A stretch of DNA of 64,000 nt from Stellaceae bacterium (lineage in GTDB: Bacteria > Pseudomonadota > Alphaproteobacteria > ATCC43930 > CGMCC-115725), in contig DASRLO010000041.1 in NCBI GenBank assembly GCA_035648415.1, forward strand, positions 20,966-84,965, read 5' to 3'. The position numbers and the translations under genes are program-made. Under the pieces are notes generated by a model, which saw only the letters and a list, made by a program, of their open reading frames with translations, was not told where the DNA came from and ran no database searches. How positions within the stretch are numbered: the stretch's first letter is position 1; each line of letters starts with the position of its first letter. Below are positions 44,023 through 53,588 of the stretch, piece by piece.

Positions 44023-44652
44023 ATGGCTTCGGTCGCGGAACTCGAAGCTTTCGTCGCCGCGCGGCGGCGGGCCCTCGGGCCGGCGCATGCCGATACGCTG
44101 ACCGCAATGCTCGACCTCGCCGAGGCGTTGTGGGCCGCTGGCCGGTTCAGCCGGGCGCGGCCGCTCGAGGAAGCGGTGGTCGCGGGACGCCGCGCGCTGT
44201 TCGGCGACGCGCATCCCGAGACGCTGAAGGCGCTCGGCAAGCTGGCGGTGACGGTGGGGCAGCAGGGCGACCTTGCCGGCGCGCGGCGTCTCCAGGAGCA
44301 AGTCGTCGCCGGCCTGCGCGCGCTGTTCGGCGACGAAAGCCGCGACACGCTGCGCGCGGTCAACAACCTCGCCGGCACGGTGGCGGCGCTTGGCGAAGCG
44401 GAAGAAGCCGGCGCGATGCTCGACGGCGCGATCGCGACGCTCACCCGCCTCTTCGGCGCGGAAGACGGTGACACGTTGACCGCGATGGGCAACTTCGCCG
44501 CGCTGCTGTGGCAATATGGCGAGCGCGAGGATGGCTTCGCCTTGCAGGAGGAGGTCGCCGCCGCGCTCCGCCGCACGCGGGGCGCCGACGATCCCGCGTC
44601 ACGCAACGCTCAGGCGGTGCTCGACCTGATGCTCCGCGACATGGGTTTTTAG
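44023..44652 (+). CDS. Stand-alone tetratricopeptide (TPR_10/12-like) repeat protein
   Basis: Lies in ORF 43990..44652, from MASVAELEAF. It has four ~42-aa repeats of the type G..H.DTL.A...LA......G....A..L.E.VV...R.LFG. Confidence 0.75.
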   Translation: MASVAELEAFVAARRRALGPAHADTLTAMLDLAEALWAAGRFSRARPLEEAVVAGRRALFGDAHPETLKALGKLAVTVGQQGDLAGARRLQEQVVAGLRALFGDESRDTLRAVNNLAGTVAALGEAEEAGAMLDGAIATLTRLFGAEDGDTLTAMGNFAALLWQYGEREDGFALQEEVAAALRRTRGADDPASRNAQAVLDLMLRDMGF

Positions 44653-44721
44653 CGGCGCCGTCGCCAACCCGGCGAGGCCGGGATCGTGGATCGCGGTCTT
44701 TTGCGACGTGACGAGCTGACC

Positions 44722-46761
44722 TTACCCGATGGGAGCGGTGGCCGCCTCCAGCCAGACTGTGGTCTCGGCATCGACCAGCGGACCGAGCGTCTCCCGCACT
44801 TTGGCGTGGTAGGCGTCGAGCCAGGCGGCCTCGTCGCGGTCGAGCAGGTCGCGCGCGACCAGATTGCGGTCGATCGGGGCCAGGGTGATGGTCTCGAAGC
44901 AGAACAGCTCGCGCGAATCGTCGCCCTTTGGCCGTCCGTCGGCCGGCTGCACCACGATCAAATTCTCGATGCGGATGCCGTAGGCGCCGGTCTTGTAGTA
45001 GCCGGGTTCGTTCGAGACGATCATCCCCGGCAGCAGCGGCTGCGCATTCGGCGCCTTCGAGATGCGCTGCGGCCCTTCATGCACCGAGAGGTAGCTGCCG
45101 ACGCCGTGCCCGGTGCCGTGGTCGTAATCGAGCCCGACCTCCCAGAGCGCGCGGCGCGCGAAGCCGTCGAGCTGGGCGCCGGTGGTGCCCTTCGGGAACC
45201 GCGCCGTCGCCAGCGCGATGTGGCCCTTGAGCACGCGGGTGAAGTTCTCGCGCATCTCGCCGGAAGGCTCGCCGATTGCGATGGTGCGGGTGATGTCGGT
45301 GGTGCCGTCGAGGTATTGCGCGCCCGAATCGAGCAAATAGAGGGTGCCGGGCTCCAGCGTCTTCTCGGTCTGCGGGCTGGCGCGGTAGTGCACGATCGCG
45401 CCGTTCGACCCGGCCCCCGAGATCGTCGGAAAGCTGAGATCGCGGAAATATTTACCCTCCTTGCGGAAGGCTTCGAGCCGGTCGCTGGCGGCGATCTCCT
45501 TGAGGCCGCCTTTCGCCGCCTCGCGCGCGAGCCAGGCGAGGAAGCGGGTGACCGCGGCGCCGTCGCGGCGATGCGCCTCGCGGGTGCCGGCGAGCTCGAC
45601 CTCATTCTTGCAGGCCTTCGGCAGCATGCACGGGTCGGCGGCGCGGTGGATTTGCGCGCCCGCCGCCGCGAGCCGGTCGAAGACCCACGAGGCGCCGGTC
45701 GCCGGATCGACTTGCACCCGGCCCTCCGTGGCGAGCGCGTCGAGCGCGGCGCCGAGCCGTTCCGGCGCTTCGATCGTCACCGCGTTGCCGAGATGGCGGT
45801 CGAGGCCGGGGGTCAGTTTGCGGCGGTCGATGAAGAGCGTGACCGCGCCGTCCGCCATTAGAATCGCGAACGACAGCGGCAGCGGCGTGTGCGGCACGTC
45901 GCCGCCGCGGATGTTGAGGAGCCAGGCGATCGATTCGGGCATGGTCAATACCGTCGACGCGGCGCCGTTGTCGGTGAGCGCCGTGCCGATCCGGGCGCGC
46001 TTGGCGGCGGCGCTCTCGCCGGCGAAGCCGTCGGGCTGGGCGAAGACCGGCGCCAGCGGCGCCGCCGGCCGCCCGGCCCAGATCGCGTCGAGCGGGTTTT
46101 TGGCCACCGCGCGCAAGGTCGCGCCGGCGCGCTCGACCCCGGCGCGCAACCGCTCGACCTCCTGCGGCGTGTGCAGCCATGGGTCGTAGCCGACGACGTC
46201 GCCCTTGCCGGCCCCGCCCGCCAGCCAGCTCGCGGGCGGCTCGTCGATCAGATGGTGGATTTCGAAGGCTTGTGTGTCGACCTGTGCGGCGGCCTGCAGG
46301 GTGTAACGGCCGTCGACAAAGATCGCCGCGCTATCCTTCAGCACGACGGCCATCCCGGCCGAGCCAGTGAAGCCGGTGAGCCAGGCGAGGCGCTGGCCGC
46401 GGAGCGGCACGTATTCGCCCTGATGCTCGTCGGCGCGCGGCACGACAAACCCGGCGAGCCCGTCCGCCGTCAGTCTGTCGCGCAACAGCCTCAGCCGCCG
46501 GTCGCGCGGCAAGCGGGTGAAATCCTCGGGTTGCACGCCGTCGTGGTGCGAGGCCGCCAGCGCCGCCTTCAACGCATCGAGCGCCGCGGCCAGCGCCGGC
46601 GGCGTCGGCTCGGCGACCAGCGCATGCCAGCTCGCGCCAATCTCGGGGGGCGCCGCGAGCACACCGGCGATCAGCGCCTCGACCGCCGCGACGCCGAGCG
46701 CCGATCCCGCCTCCTTGAGGGCATTTGCCAGCCGCGTCCGCTCCGGCGTCGCCACGTTCAT
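44722..46761 (-). CDS. pepP: Aminopeptidase P family (M24B Xaa-Pro aminopeptidase), long form
   Basis: Lies in ORF 44722..46788; the ATG at 46761 follows AGGAGA. Metal-ligand motifs are LDSGAQYLDGTTDITRT, HGTGHGVGSYLSVHEGP, SNEPGYY and IRIENL. Confidence 0.88.
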   Translation of the reverse strand: MNVATPERTRLANALKEAGSALGVAAVEALIAGVLAAPPEIGASWHALVAEPTPPALAAALDALKAALAASHHDGVQPEDFTRLPRDRRLRLLRDRLTADGLAGFVVPRADEHQGEYVPLRGQRLAWLTGFTGSAGMAVVLKDSAAIFVDGRYTLQAAAQVDTQAFEIHHLIDEPPASWLAGGAGKGDVVGYDPWLHTPQEVERLRAGVERAGATLRAVAKNPLDAIWAGRPAAPLAPVFAQPDGFAGESAAAKRARIGTALTDNGAASTVLTMPESIAWLLNIRGGDVPHTPLPLSFAILMADGAVTLFIDRRKLTPGLDRHLGNAVTIEAPERLGAALDALATEGRVQVDPATGASWVFDRLAAAGAQIHRAADPCMLPKACKNEVELAGTREAHRRDGAAVTRFLAWLAREAAKGGLKEIAASDRLEAFRKEGKYFRDLSFPTISGAGSNGAIVHYRASPQTEKTLEPGTLYLLDSGAQYLDGTTDITRTIAIGEPSGEMRENFTRVLKGHIALATARFPKGTTGAQLDGFARRALWEVGLDYDHGTGHGVGSYLSVHEGPQRISKAPNAQPLLPGMIVSNEPGYYKTGAYGIRIENLIVVQPADGRPKGDDSRELFCFETITLAPIDRNLVARDLLDRDEAAWLDAYHAKVRETLGPLVDAETTVWLEAATAPIG

Positions 46762-46979
46762 CGCCCGTTCTCCTGCCCAACCCCGCATAGATTAAACCAT
46801 TCTCGCCCGGCCGCGCGCCGCCGACAACCAACCGGTTGCGCACGCTGCGACGCGATAGTTCGCGCCGATATCAGTCAGCTTAGCTGACATTATGCATGGC
46901 TGATTTGCGTGGCAACGGTTGACCTCCCGCTTTTTCGTTGCCATTTGTGCGTCGCACCATTGGGTGAGAGGTAAGCAAC

Positions 46980-47240
46980 ATGTTCATCGTCAATCTCATC
47001 GCCGCTGCCGGTCACGCGCTGTCCGATTGGCGCCACAGGCAGCAGGCCTACGCCGAGCTGATGGCGCTTGACGACCGGTCGCTCGCCGATATCGGCATCC
47101 GCCGCTCCGAGATCCCGGCGATCGTCGAGGGCTATCACGAGGCGTCCGGGAATTCGCGGGACCGCGAATTCGCTCCCGCCTTCACCACGCGCAAGCTGGC
47201 CGGCGGCCATACCTGGTTCCCGTGGTTTCCGCCGCTCTAA
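46980..47240 (+). CDS. DUF1127-domain small protein
   Basis: 86 aa. The DUF1127 core is WRHRQQAYAELMALDDRSLADIGIRRSEI. Confidence 0.8.
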   Translation: MFIVNLIAAAGHALSDWRHRQQAYAELMALDDRSLADIGIRRSEIPAIVEGYHEASGNSRDREFAPAFTTRKLAGGHTWFPWFPPL

Positions 47241-47262
47241 CAGCGCTGCCAACGATTGCGCG

Positions 47263-47295
47263 GCGGCCCGCTCCTTTCGGGGGGCCGCTTCATTT
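47263..47295 (+). terminator. Candidate intrinsic terminator after the DUF1127 gene
   Basis: The stem gcggccc (47263-47269) pairs with gggccgc (47282-47288), followed by ttcattt. It lies between convergent genes. Confidence 0.45.
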
Positions 47296-47321
47296 GCGCA
47301 GGGGCTTGATGCGCAGGGGCT

Positions 47322-48191
47322 TCATTTGCGCAGGACGAGGATCGACCAGCCGTCGATCACGATGCGGAAATCGAGCGCGAGGCGCTGCGTCCGATAAGCG
47401 GCGAGCACCCCGGCTTCCTGGCGCCGCAGCAATCCCGAGAGAATGACCGTGCCGCGCGGCGCGGCGCGGCGCGCCAGATCGCGCGCCATCAGCATCAACG
47501 GCCGGGCGAGGATGTTGGCGAAGATCAGATCGTAGCTGTGGCTCCGCCCGGCGCCGGCGGCGCAATCGACCCGCACCGATCGGCCGACGCCGTTACGGCG
47601 CGCGTGATGCCGCGCGACCCGAACGGCCACGGAGTCGAGGTCGCTCGCCGCGATGTTGCAGTGCAATCGTTTGGCCGCGGCGATGGCGAGGATGCCGCTG
47701 CCGGCGCCGATGTCGCGCACGCGGCGGAAGCGGCGCCGCCGCGCCAGACGATCGAGAGCGATGAGGCAGCCGCGGGTCGAGGGATGCTCGCCGGTGCCGA
47801 AGGCGGCCGCGGCGTCGATCTCGACCGCGATCGCGCCCGCCGGCGGCTGCTCCCGCCAATGCGAGCCGTGGACGAAGAACCGGCCGATGCGCTGCGGCGG
47901 GAAAGCGCGGCGGTTTTCGGCGAGCCAGTCGCGCTCGGGGATTTGCTCTTCGCCAGATTCGATGACCGCGCCGCCGGACGCCGCGGCGGCCAAGTCGAGC
48001 CGTACGCCTAGCCTCGCATCCAGGATCGGGACCGACGCGTAGGCTTCGACCAGCCATTCCGCGGGCCGGGCGCCGCCGCCTTCGCGGGTCTCGAACGCCG
48101 CGACGCCGCCGGTCAATTCATCAAATACCTCGGAGACCGCGCCCGCTGCTTCTGCGCCCTCGACCCGCGCCGCGACCCGCCACAGCGCCAT
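47322..48191 (-). CDS. prmA: Ribosomal protein L11 methyltransferase
   Basis: 289 aa. Motifs are FGTGEHPSTRGCL and DIGAGSGILAIAAAK (SAM motif I), plus ANILARPL. Confidence 0.88.
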   Translation of the reverse strand: MALWRVAARVEGAEAAGAVSEVFDELTGGVAAFETREGGGARPAEWLVEAYASVPILDARLGVRLDLAAAASGGAVIESGEEQIPERDWLAENRRAFPPQRIGRFFVHGSHWREQPPAGAIAVEIDAAAAFGTGEHPSTRGCLIALDRLARRRRFRRVRDIGAGSGILAIAAAKRLHCNIAASDLDSVAVRVARHHARRNGVGRSVRVDCAAGAGRSHSYDLIFANILARPLMLMARDLARRAAPRGTVILSGLLRRQEAGVLAAYRTQRLALDFRIVIDGWSILVLRK

Positions 48192-48194
48192 CGT

Positions 48195-50507
48195 TCACGC
48201 GCGCTCGACGAAGGCGTCCATCACCTTCTTGTCGCCGGCTTTCTCGAACGCGATTTCGAGCTTGTTGTCCTCGACGGTCCGGATGGTGCCGTAGCCGAAT
48301 TTCTGATGGAACACGCGGTCGCCGACCGAGAACCCGCCGATTTTGCGGATGTCCTGGCCGCGCTGCAGCGGGCGCGAGCCTTCGATGACGAGCGGCGGAC
48401 GCGGCAGGGTCTTGCGGTAGGTGTCCCGGGGGCCCTCGCTCCAGCCGGCGCCCCAGGCGGCGTTGGCGGCCGGGGGCGCGGCCCAGCCGGCGCCGGGGCC
48501 GAGGCCCATCTCGGTCTCGACCTCGATCTGGTCCTTCGGCAGCTCGTCGACAAAGCGCGAGCGCGCCGATGCCTGCCACTGGCCGTGGATGCGGCGGTTG
48601 GCGGCGAACGACACCAGCGCGCGCCGCCGCGCCCGGGTCAGCCCGACATAGGCGAGCCGGCGTTCCTCTTCCAGGCCGGGGAGGCCGGCCTCCTCGATCG
48701 CACGCTGCGACGGGAACACGCCCTCTTCCCAACCGGGCAGGAACACCGTGTCGAATTCGAGCCCCTTGGCGCTGTGCAGGGTCATCAGATTGACCATGTC
48801 GCCGCCATTGTCGGCGGCGTTGTCCATCACCAGGCTGACATGCTCCAAGAACCCGCCGAGGTTCTCGAATTCGGCCATCGCGACGACGAGTTCCTTGAGG
48901 TTTTCGAGCCGGCCCGGCGCCTCGGGCGAGGGGTCGGCCTGCCACATGCCGGTATAACCCGATTCGTCGAGCACGCGCTGGACCAGCTCGACATGGGAGA
49001 TGGTCTCGGTCTCGGCGCGCCAGCGGTCGAGCATGGCGATAAAATTGGCGAGCGCATTGCGGGCGGCGCGCGGCAGCGTGTCGCCGGGGATCAGGGCGCG
49101 CACCGCCTCGACCAGCGACAGCCTGGCCTGCCGCGCCGCGCCGTGCAGCAGCTGCAAGGTCGCGGTGCCGATGCCGCGCCGCGGCGTGTTGACGATGCGC
49201 TCGAAAGCGAGGTCGTCGGCCGGTTGGTTGACGAGGCGCAGATAGGCCATCGCGTCGCGGATTTCCTGGCGCTCGTAGAAGCGCGGGCCGCCGATGACAC
49301 GGTATGGCAGGGCGAGGGCGATAAAGCGCTCCTCGAACTCGCGGGTCTGGAACCCGGCGCGGACCAGGATCGCGATCTCCTTGAGTGCGTGGCCCTTGCG
49401 CTGCAGCGCCTCGATCTCGTCGCCGGCCCAGCGCGCCTCCTGCTCGGCGTCCCACAACCCGCGCACGGTGACCTTGTCGCCCTCTTGCGAGCGGGTCCAC
49501 AGCGTCTTGCCGAGCCGGCCGCGGTTGTGGCCGATGACCCCGGCCGCGGCGCCGAGGATTTCGGGGGTCGAGCGGTAATTTTCCTCCAAGCGCACGATCA
49601 GGGCGCCGGGGAAATCGCTCTCGAATTTGAGGATGTTTTCGATCTGCGCGCCGCGCCACGAATAGATCGACTGGTCGTCGTCGCCGACGCAGCAGATGTT
49701 CTTGTGCTGCTGCGCCAGCAGCCGCAGCCAGAGGTACTGCGCGACGTTGGTGTCCTGGTACTCGTCGACCAGCACATAGCGGAAGCGGCGCTGGTAGGTG
49801 CCGAGGATCTCCGGGTTCTGCTGGAACAGCGTCAAATTGTGCAGCAGCAAATCGCCGAAATCGACCGCGTTCACCGTCGCGAGGCGCTCCTGGTAGAGCC
49901 GGTAGAGGTCGATCGCCCGGCCGTCGGCGAAATCGCCGATCTCGCTCGCCGAGACCTTGTCGGGGATGAGCCCGCGATCCTTCCAGCGCTCGATCACCGC
50001 GTGCAGCACCCGCGCCGGCCAGCGCCGCTCGTCGATCCGGGCGGCGGCGAGGATCTGCTTCACCAGCCGCAGCTGGTCGTCGGTGTCGAGGATGGTGAAG
50101 CTCGATCTGAGACCGACCGCCTCGGCGTGACGGCGCAGGATGCGCGCGGCGAGCGCGTGGAAGGTGCCGAGCCAGACGCCCTCGGCGGCGGCATGGCCGA
50201 TCATCGCCTGCAGACGCTCGCGCATCTCGCGCGCCGCCTTGTTGGTGAAGGTGACCGCCAAGAGCTCGCCAGGAAAGGCGCGACGGGTCGCGAGGATGTG
50301 CGCGAGCCGGGTCGTCAGCACTCGGGTCTTGCCGGTGCCGGCGCCGGCCAGCACCAGAACTGGCCCGTCGACCGCCGCCACGGCCCGCGCCTGCGCCTCG
50401 TTGAGAAGGGCAAGATAGGGCGCGTCGCCAGATTCGCGTGGAACCCCCGCGGGAGCGGCGGCGGTTTGATCGAAAGCCAGGTCGGACATCGCCTCATCAT
50501 ATAGCAC
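48195..50507 (-). CDS. uvrD: UvrD/Rep/PcrA-family ATP-dependent DNA helicase
   Basis: 770 aa. Motifs are LNEAQARAV, Walker A AGAGTGKT, DEYQDTN, the VGDDDQSIYSWRGA motif, and TLHSAKGLEFD. It has a GTG start at 50507; the alternative ATG is at 50489. Confidence 0.92.
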   Translation of the reverse strand: MLYDEAMSDLAFDQTAAAPAGVPRESGDAPYLALLNEAQARAVAAVDGPVLVLAGAGTGKTRVLTTRLAHILATRRAFPGELLAVTFTNKAAREMRERLQAMIGHAAAEGVWLGTFHALAARILRRHAEAVGLRSSFTILDTDDQLRLVKQILAAARIDERRWPARVLHAVIERWKDRGLIPDKVSASEIGDFADGRAIDLYRLYQERLATVNAVDFGDLLLHNLTLFQQNPEILGTYQRRFRYVLVDEYQDTNVAQYLWLRLLAQQHKNICCVGDDDQSIYSWRGAQIENILKFESDFPGALIVRLEENYRSTPEILGAAAGVIGHNRGRLGKTLWTRSQEGDKVTVRGLWDAEQEARWAGDEIEALQRKGHALKEIAILVRAGFQTREFEERFIALALPYRVIGGPRFYERQEIRDAMAYLRLVNQPADDLAFERIVNTPRRGIGTATLQLLHGAARQARLSLVEAVRALIPGDTLPRAARNALANFIAMLDRWRAETETISHVELVQRVLDESGYTGMWQADPSPEAPGRLENLKELVVAMAEFENLGGFLEHVSLVMDNAADNGGDMVNLMTLHSAKGLEFDTVFLPGWEEGVFPSQRAIEEAGLPGLEEERRLAYVGLTRARRRALVSFAANRRIHGQWQASARSRFVDELPKDQIEVETEMGLGPGAGWAAPPAANAAWGAGWSEGPRDTYRKTLPRPPLVIEGSRPLQRGQDIRKIGGFSVGDRVFHQKFGYGTIRTVEDNKLEIAFEKAGDKKVMDAFVERA

Positions 50508-50554
50508 TGCGCGCCGCTCCCGCAGCGCACGGCTACGCCGAGTTTAAAATTTAG

Positions 50555-50704
50555 CCGTCATTCCGGACGCTGCGAAGCAGTGAACCCGGAACCTATGAAC
50601 ATGGACGGTGCATGGTTGTGCGGCAGCGTTGGTATGGTTCTAGCTTTAGGTCCGTGTTCATAGGTTCCGGGCTCCCGCGCTGCGCGCGGCCCCCCGAATG
50701 ACGG
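50555..50704. repeat. 150-bp MITE-like element with ~47-50-bp imperfect terminal inverted repeats (family C)
   Basis: The left arm is ccgtcattccgg...gaacccggaacctatgaaca (50555-50601). The right arm is tgttcataggttccgggctc...cgaatgacgg (50655-50704). The termini ccgtcattc/gaatgacgg and the inner 17-mers are complementary. Confidence 0.8.
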
Positions 50705-50825
50705 AGCCGAGTGCGGGAACGCGCCCGCATGGCAGCGATGAAAACCGTTTTAAATCAAACGAGTTCTGGCGTTTATAGCGGCGTCTCGGCCATGATGGCG
50801 CAAGCATTTTTTCGCAAGCCGCCCG

Positions 50826-52097
50826 ATGCACGCCGCGATCGTTCTCCTCGTCCTGATTCTGACCTATGCCGGCATGGCGGCCGGGCGCATCGCCTGGCTC
50901 CAGGTCGACAGGACCGGGATCGCGTTGCTCGCGGTCATCGCCCTGTTGGTGACCGGGCAAATGAACCTCGACGATTTCGGCAGCAATGTCGACATGCCGA
51001 CCCTGGCCCTCTTGTTCGCGATGATGATCATCTCGGCGCAGTTCGCCGAATCGGGGTTTATCGACCTCTGCGCCCGCACCTTCACCAGCACCCGGCACGG
51101 CACGACGGTGCTGTTGGCGCTGACCGTAGCGGTGGGCGGCGGGCTCGCGGCGGTGCTCGCCAACGACATCCTGATCATCACCATCGCGCCCTTGCTGATC
51201 GTCGGCGCCAGGGCGCGCGGCTTCGACCCGCGGCCCTTCGCGATCGCGCTCGCCGCCTCGACCAACGCCGGCTCGGCGGCGACCCTGATCGGCAACCCGC
51301 AGAACATGCTGGTCGGCGCGATCGGCCGGCTCGATTTCTGGCGGTTTCTCGCGGTCTGCGGCGTGCCCGCGCTGTTCAGCCTGGCGACGGTCTTTACCGT
51401 CGTCTGGCTGCAGTGGCGGCGCCGCATCGTCGCCGGCGCGTCGCCCGACCCGGCCGAGTTGCCGGCGGTGATTTTGCACCCGTTCGACCGCAACCAGGTG
51501 ATCAAGGGCGCGGTGGCGCTGCTGGCGCTGCTGCTGTTGTTCGCGACCTCGCTGCCGCGCGAGATCGGAGCGCTGTTCATCGCCGCCGTGCTGCTCGCCA
51601 ACCGCAAGATCACCAGCCGCACGATGATCGCGACCGTCGATTGGCCGCTGTTGCTGCTGGTCGCGTGCCTTTTCGCGATCACCGGCACGCTGAACCAGGC
51701 GGGCGTCGCGTCGAGGCTGCTGGCCTTTCTCGACAGCCATGGGCTGCTCCCGAACGGGCTCGTGCCGCTGACCCTGTTCAGCGTCTTCACCAGCAACGCG
51801 ATCGGCAGCCTGCCGGGGACGATGCTGCTGTTGCAGGTCTGGCCGACCCCGCCGCCCGGCGTGCTTTACGCGCTGGCGCTGCTGACCAGCCTCGCCGGAA
51901 ATCTGCTGCTGTCGGGCAGCCTCACCAACGTGCTGATCGCCGAGCGCGCCGACCGCATGGGCGCGCGCCTCGGCTTCGCCGACCATGCCCGCGCCGGGGT
52001 GCCGATCACGCTCGTTTCGCTCGCCTTCGCGATCCTGTGGCTGTCGGTGACGCATACGCTGTCGCTGCTGCCGACGCCCTTGCCGCTGGATCAGTGA
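50826..52097 (+). CDS. ArsB/NhaD-superfamily (citrate-transporter-like) anion permease
   Basis: 423 aa and highly hydrophobic. The N-terminus is LVLILTYAGMAAGRIAWLQVDRTGIALL, and it has GNPQNMLVG. Confidence 0.75.
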   Translation: MHAAIVLLVLILTYAGMAAGRIAWLQVDRTGIALLAVIALLVTGQMNLDDFGSNVDMPTLALLFAMMIISAQFAESGFIDLCARTFTSTRHGTTVLLALTVAVGGGLAAVLANDILIITIAPLLIVGARARGFDPRPFAIALAASTNAGSAATLIGNPQNMLVGAIGRLDFWRFLAVCGVPALFSLATVFTVVWLQWRRRIVAGASPDPAELPAVILHPFDRNQVIKGAVALLALLLLFATSLPREIGALFIAAVLLANRKITSRTMIATVDWPLLLLVACLFAITGTLNQAGVASRLLAFLDSHGLLPNGLVPLTLFSVFTSNAIGSLPGTMLLLQVWPTPPPGVLYALALLTSLAGNLLLSGSLTNVLIAERADRMGARLGFADHARAGVPITLVSLAFAILWLSVTHTLSLLPTPLPLDQ

Positions 52098-52150
52098 CCC
52101 GGACCCTCGCGCCTGATACAACCCGGCCGCTTTCAGCTTAAGGATCGGAC

Positions 52151-53080
52151 GTGGCGGCTCGCCCTCTTCGCATCGGCACCCGCGGCAGCGCGATGGCGCT
52201 CTTCCAGGCCAATCTGGTGCGCGACCGGCTGGCGGCGGCGCATCCCGAACTGGCCGAGTCGGGCATGATCGAGATCATCGTCATCCGCACCACCGGCGAC
52301 CGGGTGCAAAACCGCCTGCTGGCCGAGATCGGCGGCAAGGGTCTGTTTACCAAGGAGATCGAGGAAGCGCTCATCGCCCGGCGCATCGATCTCGCGGTGC
52401 ATTCGCTGAAGGACATGGAAACGGCGCTGCCGCCGGGGCTCGACATCGTCTGCGTGCTGAAGCGCGACGATCCGCGCGACGTACTGGTGGCGCGCGGCGG
52501 CGCGGGACTGGCGGCGTTGCCCGCGGGGGCAAAAATCGGCACCGCGTCGCTGCGGCGCCGGGCGCAGCTGCTGCGCCGCCGGCCCGACCTCGCCATCGCC
52601 CCGATCCGCGGCAATGTCGATACCAGGCTCGACAAGCTCGCCGGCGGCGAGGTCGATGGCCTGCTCCTCGCGCTCTGCGGGTTGCAGCGGCTCGGCCGGA
52701 CGGCGGTGGCGAGCGAAATCCTGCCGGCGGAGGTGATGCTGCCGGCGGTCGGCCAGGGCGCGCTGGCGATCGAGGCGCGTTCGGGCGATCTCGAGATCCG
52801 CGAATGCCTCGCGCCGCTGCACCACGCGGCGAGCGCCGCCTGCGTCGCCGCCGAGCGGGCGATGCTGGCGGCGCTCGACGGCTCGTGCCGCACCCCGATC
52901 GCCGGATTGGCCGAACTCGACGGCGACCGCCTCGGCCTCAGGGCGATGCTGCTCGCCGCCGACGGCAGCGCCGAGCGGCGCGCCGACGGCGCCGGCTCGG
53001 CCGAAGACGCGGCGGCGCTCGGCCGCGAGATCGGCGAGCGGCTGCGCAGCGGCGCCGGGCCGGAATTCGGCCTAGGCTGA
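52151..53080 (+). CDS. hemC: Hydroxymethylbilane synthase (porphobilinogen deaminase)
   Basis: 309 aa. Motifs are LRIGTRGSAMAL, IRTTGD, GGKGLFTKEIE, AVHSLKD, RGNVDTRL and the cofactor Cys context LDGSCRTPIA. Confidence 0.93.
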   Translation: MAARPLRIGTRGSAMALFQANLVRDRLAAAHPELAESGMIEIIVIRTTGDRVQNRLLAEIGGKGLFTKEIEEALIARRIDLAVHSLKDMETALPPGLDIVCVLKRDDPRDVLVARGGAGLAALPAGAKIGTASLRRRAQLLRRRPDLAIAPIRGNVDTRLDKLAGGEVDGLLLALCGLQRLGRTAVASEILPAEVMLPAVGQGALAIEARSGDLEIRECLAPLHHAASAACVAAERAMLAALDGSCRTPIAGLAELDGDRLGLRAMLLAADGSAERRADGAGSAEDAAALGREIGERLRSGAGPEFGLG

Positions 53081-53097
53081 CCCTGATGCGGCTGACC

Positions 53098-53355
53098 CTA
53101 TTGCGACAGCGGCTTTTCGGGGGCGGTGTCGTGGTGCGAGCCGAGGCCGCCTCCGCAGGCCTGTACGTGCAGCCATTCGGTCGGCGTCATGTTGCCGGCG
53201 ACCACATAGCCGTAGAGCCCGACCGGCCAGGTCAGCACGAACACCACGTCGTTGACGACATCGGTGTTCTTTTTCGGGCAGTCGCCGGTGGCGAAATAGC
53301 CCACCACGAGCAGGATGATCCCGATCACGAGATAGAGCGAAACGATGGATCGCAT
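53098..53355 (-). CDS. Small two-TM membrane protein, function unknown
   Basis: 85 aa with two hydrophobic helices (IVSLYLVIGIILLVVGYFATG and VVFVLTWPVGLYGYVVAG). Confidence 0.5.
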   Translation of the reverse strand: MRSIVSLYLVIGIILLVVGYFATGDCPKKNTDVVNDVVFVLTWPVGLYGYVVAGNMTPTEWLHVQACGGGLGSHHDTAPEKPLSQ

Positions 53356-53588
53356 CGGGTTTGTCTCGGTTGTTGAGGTTGGTCCGCAGGTGTGCCGCCT
53401 CCGCAGCGAAGCAGGTTACCGGCGGCAAAATCAACTCACAATTGCCGGAAGGCGCACGCCGAACCGCGCGGGGCGGGGATCTGGCTACCGATCGCAAAGC
53501 CAGGTCGCCGCCGCGCGCTGGCGAACGCCGGCGAACCGGCGCTCAGCCGGAGAACCCCAACTCGCCGAAAACGTTCCCTTGCCGGTGT

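Noticed and set aside
46912-46939. EcfG-like motif upstream of the DUF1127 gene.
   Set aside because: The -35-like element is GCAAC rather than GGAAC, and the spacing to CGTT is 19 nt. The two parts are better explained as the arms of a hairpin, which is reported as a finding.
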